Shown here piece by piece: positions 25,740 through 40,500 of a stretch of 64,000 bases of DNA; position 1 is the first letter of the stretch, and each line of letters opens with the position of its first letter. The stretch comes from Catajapyx aquilonaris. Its lineage: Eukaryota. The DNA is taken from NCBI GenBank assembly GCA_000934665.2, contig KZ538420.1, forward strand, positions 1 through 64,000. Reading direction: 5' to 3'. A program made the position numbers and the translations under genes. Below the pieces are notes generated by a model. The model was given only the letters and a program-made list of their open reading frames with translations. It was not told the origin of the DNA and ran no database searches.

Positions 25740-26453
25740 GACTAGTGGATGTGTAGTCCCAAGGTGGTGACCATTGAATTATTAAGGCACAGATTTCTGG
25801 ACCAACTGTATTTTTACTCGAAACATTTTCTTTTGTACATAGAAACAATATATAAACAGCTGTACATAAAAGTGTACTTCAATAAGGTAGAAGAAAGCAC
25901 CTGAAAATGCTCTCTCATCATTGGTTGTAGGCATGCAGTTGATCAAGGGATTCTCTTACACATAACAAAACTAACACCTTGTTCCCTTATTTCATTTGCA
26001 GTTAAGTTGGTAGCCCAGAACCAGCTGGTACAAGGCTTACAAAGCCATTTCAGTAATGAAGACTAGTTTTGTTCTTGTTTGCCTTTTCCTTCAGTCTTGA
26101 CCCAAGTGTCCAGTTGCACATAGTGCATTACTGTTCACAACACTTGAAAATATGGATATCTCTGGCTAATAAGGACCTGCAAAACAACATGTATAGTTTC
26201 ACCATTAAGTGGTATGAGTGTTTAATAGATACCAGGTGTGTCATAAGTAATTTAACATTTGTACTGGAGCAACTTGTACAGGGTCATGAACACCAGTTTT
26301 ACATATAAATATCCTTTCCCTTCACAAGTTTTCCAAAGTAAACTCGGCATGAAATTCATCTAGGCACTGCATTTACATGATCCATGCCAGACATCTTTTG
26401 AGACACCCGGTAACCTCCACTTCGCTTGCGCGATACCTTATTTTAACTATTTG

Positions 26454-29400
26454 TCACTCCTCTTTGACTGCGAGGAATATAGCTTGGGTTGCCCGTGAAA
26501 TTGAGGCTGAAAAGAGATGAAGAGATGACAAAATATTTTCTCGGGGATAAAATATTAGTGCAAACTCACCAATGGTGTTCTGATAGAGCTCTGGCTTCTT
26601 TTCCCACCAAACAAACAAGAAATACGCAGGGATTCCTGTTGCAGTAATTAAGATGCCCATCCCCACCTCCACGGGTCGAACATACAAGGGCAGAAATACG
26701 AGGAATGCGCAGATGAAGAAGAATGATATTGGCACAATGATGTTCACCTGCAACAACACTGAATCAGTGAACATCTTTGATTTGTGACACACGTCATCAA
26801 TCAACAGGTCTACCTTGATTGGTCTGTCCATGTCCGGCCTCTGATATCTCATCCAAAGAAGTCCCGCAATTGAACAAAGAATAAACATGGATTCGACAAA
26901 GCTGGAGTAGTCTATGAGTGAGTAAATGTCACTGGTGCTCAGCATTATCAGCGACAAGGTAGCCTGTAGAAATAAAGACATTTTTTGTAGGCACAATGGT
27001 TGATGGCTTATAATCAAACAGGAAGTAATCATGATAAAACCTGACAAAATATTGCTCATTGTCAAAGTAGTTCATTTGAATAAATTTAGATGCATTTATG
27101 CACACATGGGCGCAAGTGGAACAGGCTACTGTAACCTATACCATCTAATGATATGAATGCATACACAAAGGGTACAATAAAATTAAATAACCATAATGTC
27201 CAGCTCGCCTGGCCTGTCTCCCATGCGTAATAATATTTTCGCTTCAGCTCCACTTACACATACACTTAAGATAAGGCCAAGATATTTTACAAATAATAAC
27301 AGTTATACATTCATTCCCGACACAAAGTACATGTTGGAAACAATTTTCCTCTTCTAGAAGTCTCTAAATTAATTTCCAAAAATATCGCCGTAAAAACGTG
27401 CATTTCACGTACTACTGGCGAACTGTTAGGCTGATTTAATTATGAAATGTGTTAAAATATCCGGAATATCCACCCTGAGATACTATCGGGTTCAAATACT
27501 TTTGGCCACTTTATCCTGGTCTTGCACAGACCCCACGTTAAGGAGGTGTGTGTGTGTTAAGGGTGGCTTCAAGCTGAGGATAAAGTGGCCAAAAGTATTT
27601 GAACCCGATAGTACCTACATGACCAACTTGATCCAATCGTCGTACTTCACGAGAATTTTTGGAAGTTTTCAGAAGGGATAGGCAAGCCGCAGATAAGAAT
27701 TTATTTAATTCTCGCAAAGTGTTACAGTTGCAGCAAGTTGGTCTTGTAGGTGTCTCAGGGTGGATATTACAGATTTTTAACGTGTTTCAGAATTAAATCA
27801 GCCTAACAGTTCCCCGGCAGTACTTGAAATTCGCGTTTTTTCAGGGCGATCTTTTTGGAAATTAATTTAGGGGGGAGAACTAGATGATTAAAATTGTTTC
27901 TAACACATATATTGTGTAGACTGTAGAGCATGAACGTGTAAGTGTAGATATGTTATTATTGGTGAAATTTCTTGTCCTTATCTTCAGAGTACATGTGTTA
28001 GTTGCACAGAAGCAAATAAATAAATAAATAAATAAATAAAATTTATTATAATAATAATAATAATAAACGGGAGCTAGGCCCTGCGAGCTGGACAGCATTA
28101 ACATGTACAAAATCCAGGTTGAATTTTTAAGTACATCACCCAAGCAGTGGCTGAAAACGTTCCTTCACTATCACCCCTTAAAAACTTGAGCGGTAATATT
28201 TAATTTTATGTGTAAGTAATAGACAGTATTTGCTGCATAAAGTATGATCACAATCCAGTAAACTAGTACTTGTCTTAATGAAGGTGGCCATTTTTGTGTA
28301 ACCCATTTGCCTGGGAATAAAATAAAAATATCTTGTCAATAATCATAATTAAACTACAATGTAGAAAGCAATTTTCTGTTGGCAACCTCAAGATGAGGCT
28401 GTTTCATAGGCACTATCACTGAGCTATTGGTAGCATGGCAATCAGGGGAACAGACAAGAATCCAGCATGTTCCCTTTAATCATAAATGCAATATCTTGGC
28501 ACGTAAGAGAAGTGACTGTTCCTTGTTCCTACTGGGAGTCGAACCCAGGACCCACAGTTCTGAGAATGTGTGCTCTGCCACTGAGCTACAGGAATGAAGG
28601 CATCAACAATTCTCACTCTTTACTCTGTTAGTATCGCAAAACTAGCATGCAGTTAAAGTTTATGACAATTCACAGTGGTCTAATCTTATAGTACCATACT
28701 CATTGCATTCATAAATATCCAAGTACCATATGGAATGGCATTAACATTAATGCCATTTTGCAGATCTCTGGAAAGAAAACTGGCAGTGACAATGCAGTGT
28801 GCTGTTTATGTGCTTCAGCTATTTGAACCCTTTTTCTGGACAGTTGTGGTACACCTACCCTTTGGGGTAATAGTTTACTTACTGATACCATTTTTGATAA
28901 GTTATCATAGTAGTTGCCACATAGGACAGTTACTGCAACTGTCCAGGCTAGGGCCCCTAATTGACACGAATTAAGGAATGTGTCGTAGCATTACCAGGAA
29001 CACCAAGGCTGGGACAGGAGTGAGTCTCTTCACACTGATGTATGACAGCATGTCTGGGAATTGTCCTTGTCTGGCACCAACAAAGCACAGCCTGCAAGCC
29101 AGGATGAAACAGGTCAAGTTAGTGATCCTCCAGTTGCTGATGTCACACTCGCACCATCAATGGCACGACAGTAAATTAGTAAGGTCAGTGTTAAACCAAT
29201 GAGTGATGACGATGGATGTTGGTAGCATAATACATTAATAATTCCCGAAATTTGGGCGCATCATGCAATGCAATCTTTAGGGGCCATCCAATATAACACT
29301 TGTCGCTGGTGGCGATTATTTTCGTGACATTACGTAACGCTGGCCTAAACCACATTCCCCTTCGATCCCAGAGCTACCGGTTCGCATTTTTCCTATACAC

Positions 29401-32400
29401 TCAATTCGGGACAAAAACCAATGTGCTAATTGTTCCGGTTGTATTTTAATGTGTGTCCCCAAAGCCAAATCCACGTTGTTTACTATATTGAGCTGCATTT
29501 TATTATTCAACAAAATGTACCTCTGTGGTAGTCACCAGAGTTATGATTCAGTTAGGAACTTTAATTCGAACGTGCCAATTTACAAAAGAAGTTGTAAGTT
29601 ACTGTCTCTAGAGCATAAATTCAAATCAGTGATCCTGACAGTGTACTTGCAGAATGCTGCACATTAGAAGTGTACGTAGAGAATCAAATTTACTGTATGA
29701 AATGTTGCACTACTTGAATATTGTACAGGAACATACTGATTTCCTGCCAAAAGTTTTTACTTGGCCCTACGTACCAGACAGGCTATGATAGATGGCTGTG
29801 ATATAAAGTGGGATAGTGATGTAAATGTATTTCAATTTGGTGTGTTGTCCATAAATATGAGTGAAGGTAAAGCACAAAATGCGTGGATAGACCACCCAGG
29901 TCTGAATTAAAATCAGAAGTACCTCTGTTGCGTTAGATGTAACATTATTTGGAGTGACTACAGTACATGTGAAGGTTTACATGACATTTTAAAATCATCA
30001 GCTCTGCTATTGCAATTTTCTGTTTACCTGGGACTATGCTGTTCATGGCCTGGCTAGTTTTGTTTTTTAAAAATTTTCTCTGACTTCAACATTTGTGGAC
30101 TTCACGTTTTTTATATATATATATATATATTAAATCATAGACTGTCACTTACTGTGCCTGTCTTGGACACACCACATTTGTCGCCCTCTGTAACGAACAA
30201 CTTTCATTAGGCCTACATCACTGCATTCTTACAGGCATAAGTTATTTCGTATAGTTTGGCAACGTTCACTAAGGTGACTTTAGTAAGAATGTGTAGGCTA
30301 CACTTTTCGTATATTGATATCACTAGTCAATTTAGTATTGCACTGATTATTACATACCACATGAGGATCCGCATGTTCATAATTAGACATGACTCGTGTA
30401 AACATTTTTTTGCGGTGTATACGAACAGAGGGAGACGCAATTCACGAAAACAACAGAACGAAGAGGTTCTCCTGGAAATTATGCAACCGGAGGAAACTGC
30501 GACTTGTCGTGCAGGTTGCTCTGAACAGTTAGGATAATCTGGAAGAATTGTATTGCCTTGAAGCATGGCACAGTACAGTACACTCTAATTGTAGCTAGCC
30601 CCTCGGAAGCGACAGTTTCGAGAAATGTGACGCGAAGAATACAAGTTCAGGTTGCGACCGGCGTTACGCATCATAGGCCCAGCAGACATCCATTCCAAAA
30701 TAAATAAACGCAATTAACGTCCTACATACCTTGACGACGTCATAATGTGAACACAAAGGCCTCCCAGTGCAGACATCGCTACAAAAAGTGGCATCACCCA
30801 CGACATGACTCCGAGAATTCTTCCTCCGAATGTCTGCAACACAATAAATTACTATCAGCCTGACAAAAATCCAGCAATTACGACTAATGTCCCGATACTG
30901 ACCACAGCAATGGCGTCCGATGAGAGTAATTCATTAGGTGTTAGTACAGCCAGATATGCAATGTTGGCTAGCACATAGATGGTAGTCACTAGTGGTAGAG
31001 AAATGTAAATAGCTCGAGGCAGATTTCTGTAAAAATATATATATATATATATATATATAAAATCAAATGTTATCACTAGAAATTCACACACTCTTAGTTA
31101 CTGTCAATACTTACACATAAGGATTTTGGAGCTCTTCTGTCATAAAGTTGAGATAATTCCTGAGAAAATAGACGACAAAATTGAGTCAATCGTCACTTTT
31201 CGATAAAATCATTTTTCTCTGATTTTCAGTCAATGACTCAACATGTAAATTCACACAATCGACTCTTTCACTGATTGCAAGTTTCATTCCGATTGCAGTG
31301 AGTGGTAATGTCATAAAATTGATGCATTTTTGTGTGACCTTGGTAGACGTCAACTTACCAGCCAGCGTAAGAAAATATTCCTGAATAGAACGATACTGCA
31401 ATTTTCCCAGGCTCTGTTGCAGAACCCTCAAAAGCATTATGGAAATTCATATAGTTTCCTACGGGGAAATAAGCCACAAGTTAGAGTATAGTCACATACT
31501 ATCAGTACGCACACTTACCAGAGAACATGTAGCTAAGACCCGCAATTATGATAATTATGAGAGCACCTAATTTTGCAAACATGAAGCTGTCTTGCAATTT
31601 AGTCGTGTACTTCACATTGTAACAATTCAAGAACGTCAAAAAGCCTGTGAAAAAATCAACTGTTAGTGCATCCCATTCCCAGGTCTAAAACCAGCCTCTC
31701 CTTACATATGGCAGATCCTGCTAACAACCTGACTGCAGCATCAGGCACTTGGCAGCCTGGGAAAAATGGTTGTATCACATAGTTTGCGAATGTCAACGAC
31801 ATTATCGCGTTTGTAGTTGGCCTGGAAATAAAATAGTTTAAAATTAGAAAAAAATTCATGCATTGTGAAAATTTACATTTTAGAGTATTGGAATAACCAA
31901 GTACACTTGTGATAGTTCTGCGCAATAGCCTACGTGGGTAACTAGGGAGAAGGTGCGGGAAAAAAAATAGCAATGTGGCCTCCTACTCTTGACCCAGTTG
32001 TTGCCATTTGAGGTCATATTAACAAAAAATAAGGTTTTTGTTCCGATCTTTTCGGCACTTTATCGAAAAGTTCGGGCTGAATCATACACAACGTTGATTT
32101 ATTTTATGAGTAACGATCCTGATGAAAAATGTCGTGTCTGCATTGAAGACCTCCAAAAACTACGATTTATTGTTCGCGTGATGAGCTGTTAAGTCCCTGA
32201 ACAATGAAATCGATATCGACGCCTAAGGATTATATTGTCGTATGTCCACGTTTTAACAATGGACATACGACAATATAATCCTTAGGCGTCGATTATGATA
32301 ACACTGGACAACTCACGAATTATTTGGACACCACGGGTCCAAAACCAACCAGGCCATTTGTATTGTTTTTTTTTACATAAAAAAGAGCCTGACAAACTCC

Positions 32401-33940
32401 ATTGCTGCAATATTGAATTTATTTGTGCAATTACCAGTCAGTGCACATTATTTTATTAGCCCTATTAGCCCGATTAGCCCTGTTTCTGTGTGTTGGTTAA
32501 TTTCTTCACGAATCCAATATTATTGACACTAGTCCCGGATTCAAGGGCGACTGAAACTGTCCTTTCAGTAGTTCAAAGGGCAAGATGTTGTAACATTTTC
32601 TATACTAAAATGTAAATACAGAGGGTTCAATGTAAATAACTCGAAGAAATGTCACCTTGACTGAGATTGGGGAAAGGCGAGGAGACGAGTCCATTTACCT
32701 CGGTTTACAGTATTATTGCCGCGACGAGCAATCCTACACAAAATAAAAACCAAATCAAACTTAATTAGAATGTCTGTGAATTTGCTCTGGCTAAACGCCA
32801 GATGCTTGAGGAATAATTTGCTCTCAATATTCCCGTCATTTTTGTGCCACACAATCATGTTGCCACACATGTGCCACACAGTTGTCAGAAAACTGTCTCG
32901 ACAGCCCAGGTGCACTCAGTGTTATTATCCGTAAGACATGCCTCGAATTAATTTAATATAGTGGTACTTACACAAATATGAGATTGGCATCCCATAAGAA
33001 CAGGAATGCCGGCAATGGTCCAAACGCTTCCTTGATATAAGCGTAATCTCCGCCAGATTTTGGTATGGCCGTACCTAGTTCGGCGTAACAAAGTGCTCCG
33101 ACTGTCGATAAAAGTCCACAAAGTATCCACACAACCAGTGACAGTCCTACGGATCCTGCTTCTTTTATTACTCCTTTTGGTGTTACGAAAATTCCTGCAT
33201 GAAAAATATGACAGACATATTAGAATCTCCCCAATATGGTATTACCGTACATTCTGGATGAAACTTTTAATTGTTGTTGTGATATAGCTATACTACAGAC
33301 ACATAATGTGCAATACGGATGTTTCCAATCATATAGAGTTAAAAATAAAGTACGTGTCACTCATACACTTGATCTCAGCATCACAAGCAGACTAAATATT
33401 GTCACGGTCACAGGAAGTGATAATGACCGATGTACAGTAGGCTACCACTAAATACACACATCTTAATCTTTGATTTCGAAAATTCTCGATTGCATTGCAC
33501 CCTAGCTGGGTTGTTGACAATCAGGAAAATTTTGCAATATTATGCAGATAGTCGCCAATTTCATTTTGCGGCATAGTTCGTCACTTTCGAATGTCTAGTG
33601 AAGCAATATTATAATTTATAGTATGAACGACACCTGTCACTATTCTTTCCAAAAACATGTTTTGCTGCCCCGAGTCCGCCCACAACCCGAACTGTCCGAC
33701 AAATAAATTCACGCGACATTAGGTCCAAGTCAACACCCTGAACAAACACCAACAATGACGAAACCAAACCAGCACAAAAATAACTTTACATCAAGCACTT
33801 TCCTTACCCGATCCAATAATCGTTCCAATAATAATAGCCACCCCTTCCATCAATCCCAGCTCTTTCTTGAGCTGCACCAATTTGTTGCCCTCATCCTTGC
33901 ATGGATTCATCGGCTCCAACTCCTGCGATTGTTGCGGCAT
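26454..33940 (-). CDS. SLC7 L-type amino acid transporter light chain (LAT/xCT group, genderblind-like), 482 aa
   Basis: 12 GT-AG exons with consistent phases: 33808-33940, 32972-33194, 31706-31821, 31519-31644, 31359-31458, 31115-31159, 30903-31026, 30730-30833, 28995-29091, 26814-26963, 26570-26747, 26454-26506 (1449 nt). Motifs [30 protein letters not shown] (heavy-chain disulfide Cys), [27 protein letters not shown]. The genderblind assignment rests on remembered motifs (LWDA..IFVPTTNAIM). Confidence 0.95.
27197..28097. mobile_element. Fold-back palindromic MITE related to 4983-5766, inside an SLC7 intron
   Basis: Termini TGTCCAGCTCGC / GCGAGCTGGACA, with TTAA at 28098-28101. Shares TCTAGAAGTC.CTAAATTAATT and AACTGTTAGGCTGATTTAATTATGAAATG with the 4983 element. 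Contains an (AAAT)n/(AAT)n expansion. Confidence 0.75.
27483..27611. mobile_element. 129-bp Tc1/mariner-type MITE nested in the larger palindrome
   Basis: Perfect 35-bp TIR CTATCGGGTTCAAATACTTTTGGCCACTTTATCCT with TA on both sides. Confidence 0.85.
28519..28592 (-). mobile_element. Degenerate tRNA-derived SINE head
   Basis: Minus strand reads CCTGTAGCTCAGTGGCAGAGCAC...CCTGGGTTCGACTCCCAG, with A and B boxes. Confidence 0.55.
32215..32293. repeat. Perfect 34-bp stem hairpin (mini-MITE-like) in an SLC7 intron
   Basis: ATCGACGCCTAAGGATTATATTGTCGTATGTCCA, an 11-nt loop, then the exact reverse complement. Confidence 0.85.
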
Positions 33941-34460
33941 CGTCAATCTCTCCTTTGTTGGCACTTCCACAGCACAACACAACCTGCTGAGCAGAACGAA
34001 AAACAGTTCCAATGACAGTCACCTTATCCTCTAAAGATAGCCACTTCACGACCTTCGCAAACGCGCGCGAATCAACATTACTATGTACTGTACCACGCAG
34101 CCTCACAGCGGATACCAAACAGGTACACCAGCAACAGTTAAATTACGACTCCTAAGTGAGTCACATGTTGCAAATATAGCTAACTACTTCTTAAAAAAAT
34201 AGAGCGGTAAGGATCTTCACCTGAGGAGGACCCTCCACACTCAACATCCTCCACCGCACTACTGCACGGGATGTAAATAGAAAGTAGGTTGAAGCTTGCT
34301 TCCTATTTTGTGTTTGGGGTATTCTGCTCCTCACTCCATTGATGCTTTTGGGAATTACATGACGTAACTACACCACGCATGAATCTGAACAATGCAGGGT
34401 CTCAGTACTGTTCAATGTCATGAGACGGGCTTACGAATTTTATTGACAAACGAGTATAGC

Positions 34461-34513
<53 letters not shown>
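34461..34513. repeat. (TAT)n microsatellite
   Basis: About 17 perfect TAT units. Confidence 0.95.
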
Positions 34514-34514
<1 letters not shown>

Positions 34515-37500
34515 GCGCGATTTCTGGCGATTCGTTAGAACCTGTTATATGATGGTCCAAGGGCGAAAATAGTGAAAATTGGCGCAAACTAGGTACTAAA
34601 ACTACTGAATGTTCGGTGCATTGCGTCCATGGCATTTTCCCAATCGGTTGTCAAAATTCACTTGGTCAACATTGTCCATAAGGTGTTACGCTGTTAGTAA
34701 TGTCTTCTGAGAGCGTGATTGAGTCATTACTGATATAGACCTGGATGGTCATATCATCACTGGCGATATTTATTACTTCCGTTCTTGATAGACGTAATGG
34801 TTTTTGCCAACAAGTAATGGCCCAGGCGGGTGTGGAGCAGATGGACTTTGCTCCAGGAAAAGTTACAGAGGTCACTCAAAGGTTTGCGTACTGTGGTCCA
34901 CGCGCATGTCGACGAATAATGTGACATCACGTTACGGAATGCGATGGGTACCGATTTTTAAAGTTTCGGTTTACGACGCGGCCAGGTTCCAAAAATGAAA
35001 GCAGACCACAGTTATTTATAAAACCCCGCTTGCTGAGGGGCGAGACAGCGACCTTGAAATATATAATAAATGTCCAATGTTCCTTTCTTCTCCGGATTTC
35101 AAGAAGTTGAAAACTAACCTGAGAAAATTCGCACAGAACTTTGTCAATAGCCTAGCACGATTTGTTGGTTGCCACCATGTAAGGGACAGATGTGCACAGG
35201 CCATAAAGACTAAGTATGATCTTATATCATGTGGTTTTCCGGTATTGCTCTAATGTGAGTACTCTGGGGCAAGGTTACTCGTCCAGACGTTCACAAACAC
35301 TTTTATGGCGTTTGTTCCCATACATCGTAATCTAAAAAAGACATTAATTTTGCATTCTGGTCCAGTTTTCCTCATTCTATTCCCACGATCTTCGTGTCAA
35401 TTTTTGTCGCGTCATATTTATCACAGGAAATCGTCTGGCCTTTTGTGGCCTTAACGACATCGTTAAGGGAAGTTTTTGTCGCGCTAATGTAGATAAAAAA
35501 TAGTCTGAAAAAAGTATTATGATTATCCGCGAGATACTATATAATTATCTACTGTGTATAATACACTCGGATCTTCTCAAGCTATTGATTATCGATATTC
35601 TCAATTTGGGAATATGTTAACATTAATTAACTTTATTAGCAACACTGCCTTGTGGGAACATCCACGCGCCGAGGTGGTACAGGTAATAACCGGTCTGTTA
35701 CAACATTGTTATTGCGCGCTTATGCATTCAGGCAGTCATGTAAGTGTAAGTATTCTGATCACGCAGTTCACGTAGTATTATTCTGGAATAAATATATTAC
35801 AGGCTATCACATATTTTTATAATACGATTGCGTAAGATGTTGCTACAAGAAATGGGTGTAATCTAGGACCGTTTAGGTTATTTGGTGGACACAACTTTTT
35901 CATGTAGCCTATATGAGGACCACAATACAGTATGATTCTATGCATATTTCCGTTACATCCTCAGTGAATGGAAAATTGAGCGTATATATCACACGGTATA
36001 TCGCCACGCGCGGTTCCTGGCAATACCTCGTGTAAGCCAGGATATGAACTTGGATTTGAGACGGATTATCTTTCGTATGTCAAGGACAGGTGTCTTGCGT
36101 CAGTATGACTTCCTTCCTCGTTTGACATTGCTCAAGTAATTGTGTCACTGTCAGGTGTTTCATAGCATGTTATGTAGGCCAATCCATATGTGACGTGCGT
36201 CATTAGATGCTACAATTCGACGAATTATTGAGATTTCGTGCGTGTTTTTCCTGCTCCTGCACATCACTGCCCACTTCTTATAGGATCAGTGGTGGAAATG
36301 AAAATCGTCATGCACCAGGGCGCAAATTGTGCCTTTTAGGCAAAGAGCCAAACGAATCAGGCCTCTTTCACTGGGGTCAGGTCCAAGGAATATTGCTTCC
36401 AGTTTTACGCAATTGGAAGCAAGGAAAACCAGTATTCCAAGACAAATGATACGATTGATGATTCGACCAGTCGCAGTCCTCCGAATTTGGCCATTATAAG
36501 GTAGTATTCGCTATCCCAAATCATAAGGCAGAAACAGGCAGAAACCATCCACCACCCTATCTGAATGCGATCCACTACGGATCACCCACCGCGATGACTG
36601 AGGGCGATAAGATTCTTGGAAAGACGTGGCGTTGTCATATACGCGTATGCCAAGATGATAATTTCATTTTAGAAATTTACAGATTTTCATCATTCCTGGA
36701 GCTCATATAAGTTATATCTAAGAATAGACTACTAGAATCACAGCAGAAACGTCAGGACGCAAAGCAGCAGAAAAATACGCACAATTTCCTCAGAATGTCA
36801 GCATCATTTATTGACATAATAAGAATTTTTCTCTTGGAGTGTCAATGAATGGAATACCATTATAGCGACGTTTTCTTAATTTAGTTTTTATCAATATTGT
36901 ATGGATAATTAATTTCGAGTCATCTCTTGATCGTTTGTCTGTAGATTGAGTCCCGAGAGTAAAAATACTGTATACAGATACGGCGCGAAACCCAGAGAAG
37001 TCTCTGGTACAGTACAGCCTGGTGCTCACATAACTTATTACTTATTACTTATGCAGTTTCATTGGCCATCCAATTATTACTGACGATTTTTATCACTTCC
37101 CCTACATACGCGTATTTACTTCATAAAACAACTTATTAAGCCTAGAAACATAACGCGCAGCTGTGATTCTACAGCCTTTTTTGGTCCATCGCTATTGTGA
37201 GAACGTATCACCTTGTAACGAGTGCGTTGCCCATCAAAATGAATTCACCCATAACTTCTCCGTGTGATATCGCCGGTAATATTTATAGCCTCGAGGATAC
37301 TAAAAAATTTAACGCTCATTGTAATATTAGCTAGTAATATTTCAATTAAATGCCTGATAACTCTCCACAATTTTAAACACATCACAGCAATCTGGTAGGA
37401 TTCACTGAATTGCCCTGTGTCAAGCTCAGTGACCCCGTTCCTTCATCGATTAATTCTGTAAAGTGTTTCTATCTGAACCGAAAAAGTCTAACACTGCGCG

Positions 37501-40500
37501 CAGGTATCCCTTGAACATATCGCTAGTAGCTTCTCATCAATGATAATATTAACATGTAGTGTCATTTTGATATTATGCATCCTACCGGTATGATTCGGAC
37601 ATTTGATATACCGCAATGCACAAGCATGGAAATGTTCCACGGTGTTCCACAGTGTTCCACGGGCTAACTTGGGTTATAATTATTATAGAGGTCAAGTACC
37701 TGTTATCACTTTACAGGTTATTGCTATTGGTGTACCGGTACTCAAACATTACATAGAAACTGATAGTAAATCGCCTAATATATTGAACAAAACTGACACC
37801 GAGCAGTATTGCACCAATTTGACGTCCATGCCATGCCCCATGAATCACCCAACCAACATCGTCGTAAACCCCCTCCGACATATCGATTACACCCCCGAAA
37901 TGCCGGCTCCACGTGAAGTAGGCTATCCCCAAAAATCCTGCAGCCACAACCACGTGGTCCCCGCATCGACGCTGAAACACCACCTGGCGTTCCCACCTTA
38001 AAACCTTTCCAACCCTAACAATATTGCTCTCACCTGATCACTCTCCTGTTGGCCCTCTGGAGCTTCAATGTTTCCTTCCGATTCCCAGCACGAAGGGCAC
38101 TCAACTGGCCTGACTCCAGCCAGAGATCGGGTGTTACGTAGGTGTGTTCCCTACGAGGGGGTGGGAGGAACTACAACGCGTCAACTGAATCTACTCCCTG
38201 CCTGCCTTGGCTTGTCTGACAGTATGCGCAGACTCGACCGATTCTGAGTCGAAGCGCTGGGATTTTGCGATAGAGGCGCCTGAGGTGGCGCCTGACCTTC
38301 AATCACTCATTCTACTAATATTATGATAGTAACGCACATGGTAGCTTACTACGCATTTTGGTTACATGTATTGACCGGATAGGCGATCAGCGGTGGTTAC
38401 ATTTCCCGCAACCGTTTTCCCGCAACCGTTACATTTCCCGCAACCGACGGAGAAAGTTGCATCATCCTTATCACTATTACGGTAAGCGAAATACTGCCAT
38501 CTTCAGGGCGACTGCGGTTCTGGGACGAATGCCCGTGGCAATGGCCGTAATTGCTACCAGACCAATGTGTCATTAGGTCTATCGGGGGAAAGTAGTGTGT
38601 TGTAGATAGGCGAATTGCATTAGTTGACTGTATATTCCCCGACCTACCTTATGGCTGGAACTTTCAGATAAGATGGGGTAAAGGGCTGGTTGCGGCTCTG
38701 TTTAGTGAGATAAGTTGACAAATTGATGGTTGACCCCTAGACTATATTCAGATTTGTGGTCATGCTGATGCAGAACATGCAGAAGTCCAAGGTTTCGGAA
38801 CAAAAAAAAATTGTCGTGTAGATGACTTTATCGTCCCTTTAGCGGTCTTCAACCTCTTTGCGGTCGCGGAACTTTCTTTGCAATAGGCTACATTACTGGT
38901 ATCCATGCCATTAAACCATGTGCCATTTTAATTTACAAACCGCACTCTTACGGCATGGTATTACATCTGCTCTGCATTCATGTACGCACATAAGAAAGCA
39001 GGCAGAAAATAAGTAGTGGTACGGAAGTGGACCTAATGAGATGCTTGACCTTGCAGTCTACTGGTCGAGAGTAATACTTGACTGAGTAATTCTTGGCAGC
39101 TGCAATCTCAGTTCGGGTTCTGCAATGAGCCTGTTACTATACTTTCGTGAATATCTTTTAAATAGTAGAATATCGATGTAAATATAAACTAAATATATTG
39201 CCTTACTGTAGGTTATGCGAAGGACAGGTAATGTCAGAGAGAACAAGTCCGTTCATTTCAACGTCATTATTTGTCAGGAAATCATGTAGTGTAGGAAAAC
39301 AGCGAATTTTTCAAATGCATAATTTTTGAGTTGTAGTCTGGGCAAGAAAGAATCGATCTAGTTTGTACCATCAGAAACGGTAGTGCATATTCAGCTCGTT
39401 GATTTTATTGAAAACGTCAGGAAGGTATACGCTAATATTTACAGCCTTTTGTCTGACAATCAGGATGACAGTTAAAAGGATGATCCACAAAGAGCAGCAA
39501 AATTTCTGACCGCAATATGAACACACGAGTCAACACCATTCCTCTTGAGCACAATCATATGGCAAATTATGACAGCTACAAAAACCTCCCCACCTGCTGG
39601 AAATGTCTACAATACTAACAAGTCCAACATGTGCACTTGAGCTCTGAGGTCAAGGTTCACGATTAACTTTATTCAAAATACTATTGTTCATATATGGCTG
39701 TGACTTTTTGTTAATGATATATTCTCACTCAGAATTTGAAAATAAATATGGCCTGCTGGGCATTGAAATGCGGACTAATAAATCAGCTGTTAACCAAAAT
39801 GTCTCGAGAGTTCTGTGGAACACTGAGATTTTGCTATCATTGTAGAAAAAGAAAAATGGGATAAGAGGCTAGTCATTCTCTGGTGCCTCTGATTAATATA
39901 CAGTTCATTTTTTGTCATGCATCTCACAAGTCAGTGAGATCAGTAGGCTATGAGAAGTCACTTTTTGGCTAGTATCGACTAATATTTCCAGATTATCTGT
40001 TATCGCAAGCGTTCTGCATGATGTAAGTCACTTTTTATCCTTAAGGGATATGGGAATGAGCTTACCTGGCACTACTATTGTTCAGTTCTAAAATTGTCTT
40101 AGATTACGTCGGAGAGAGATTTAAAATGCACATAAAGGTGAGGAATAACTGAATTTGTTAAGGACTGAAAAGGAAGGAAGAGACGAACTCAAAACGCAAA
40201 TCTTAAAATACACTGGGAAGGTCTAATGTATTCATTGCTATAGTGTATAGTACTTCATTTTGTTACACGGAAAAAAATTATATCTGATCAGGACTGGAAC
40301 CCAATACCACTTATCTATAATCAGCAAGTTTGCATTTGGTCACGAGACTAACAGTATACTACAGATGCAGCGATACTTCGGTGACACCAAACTTATTGTT
40401 ACAGTACTGCATACAATATTTTGATTATGTTGGATCACGTTATACGATAAGACCTTTTTCTCATGGAAAACGGCGACACCCCGTCTCACGATTGTATTGT

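Noticed and set aside
37603..38001. 132-aa and 90-aa ORFs
   Set aside because: No recognisable motifs. The region is more likely GC-rich first-intron sequence.
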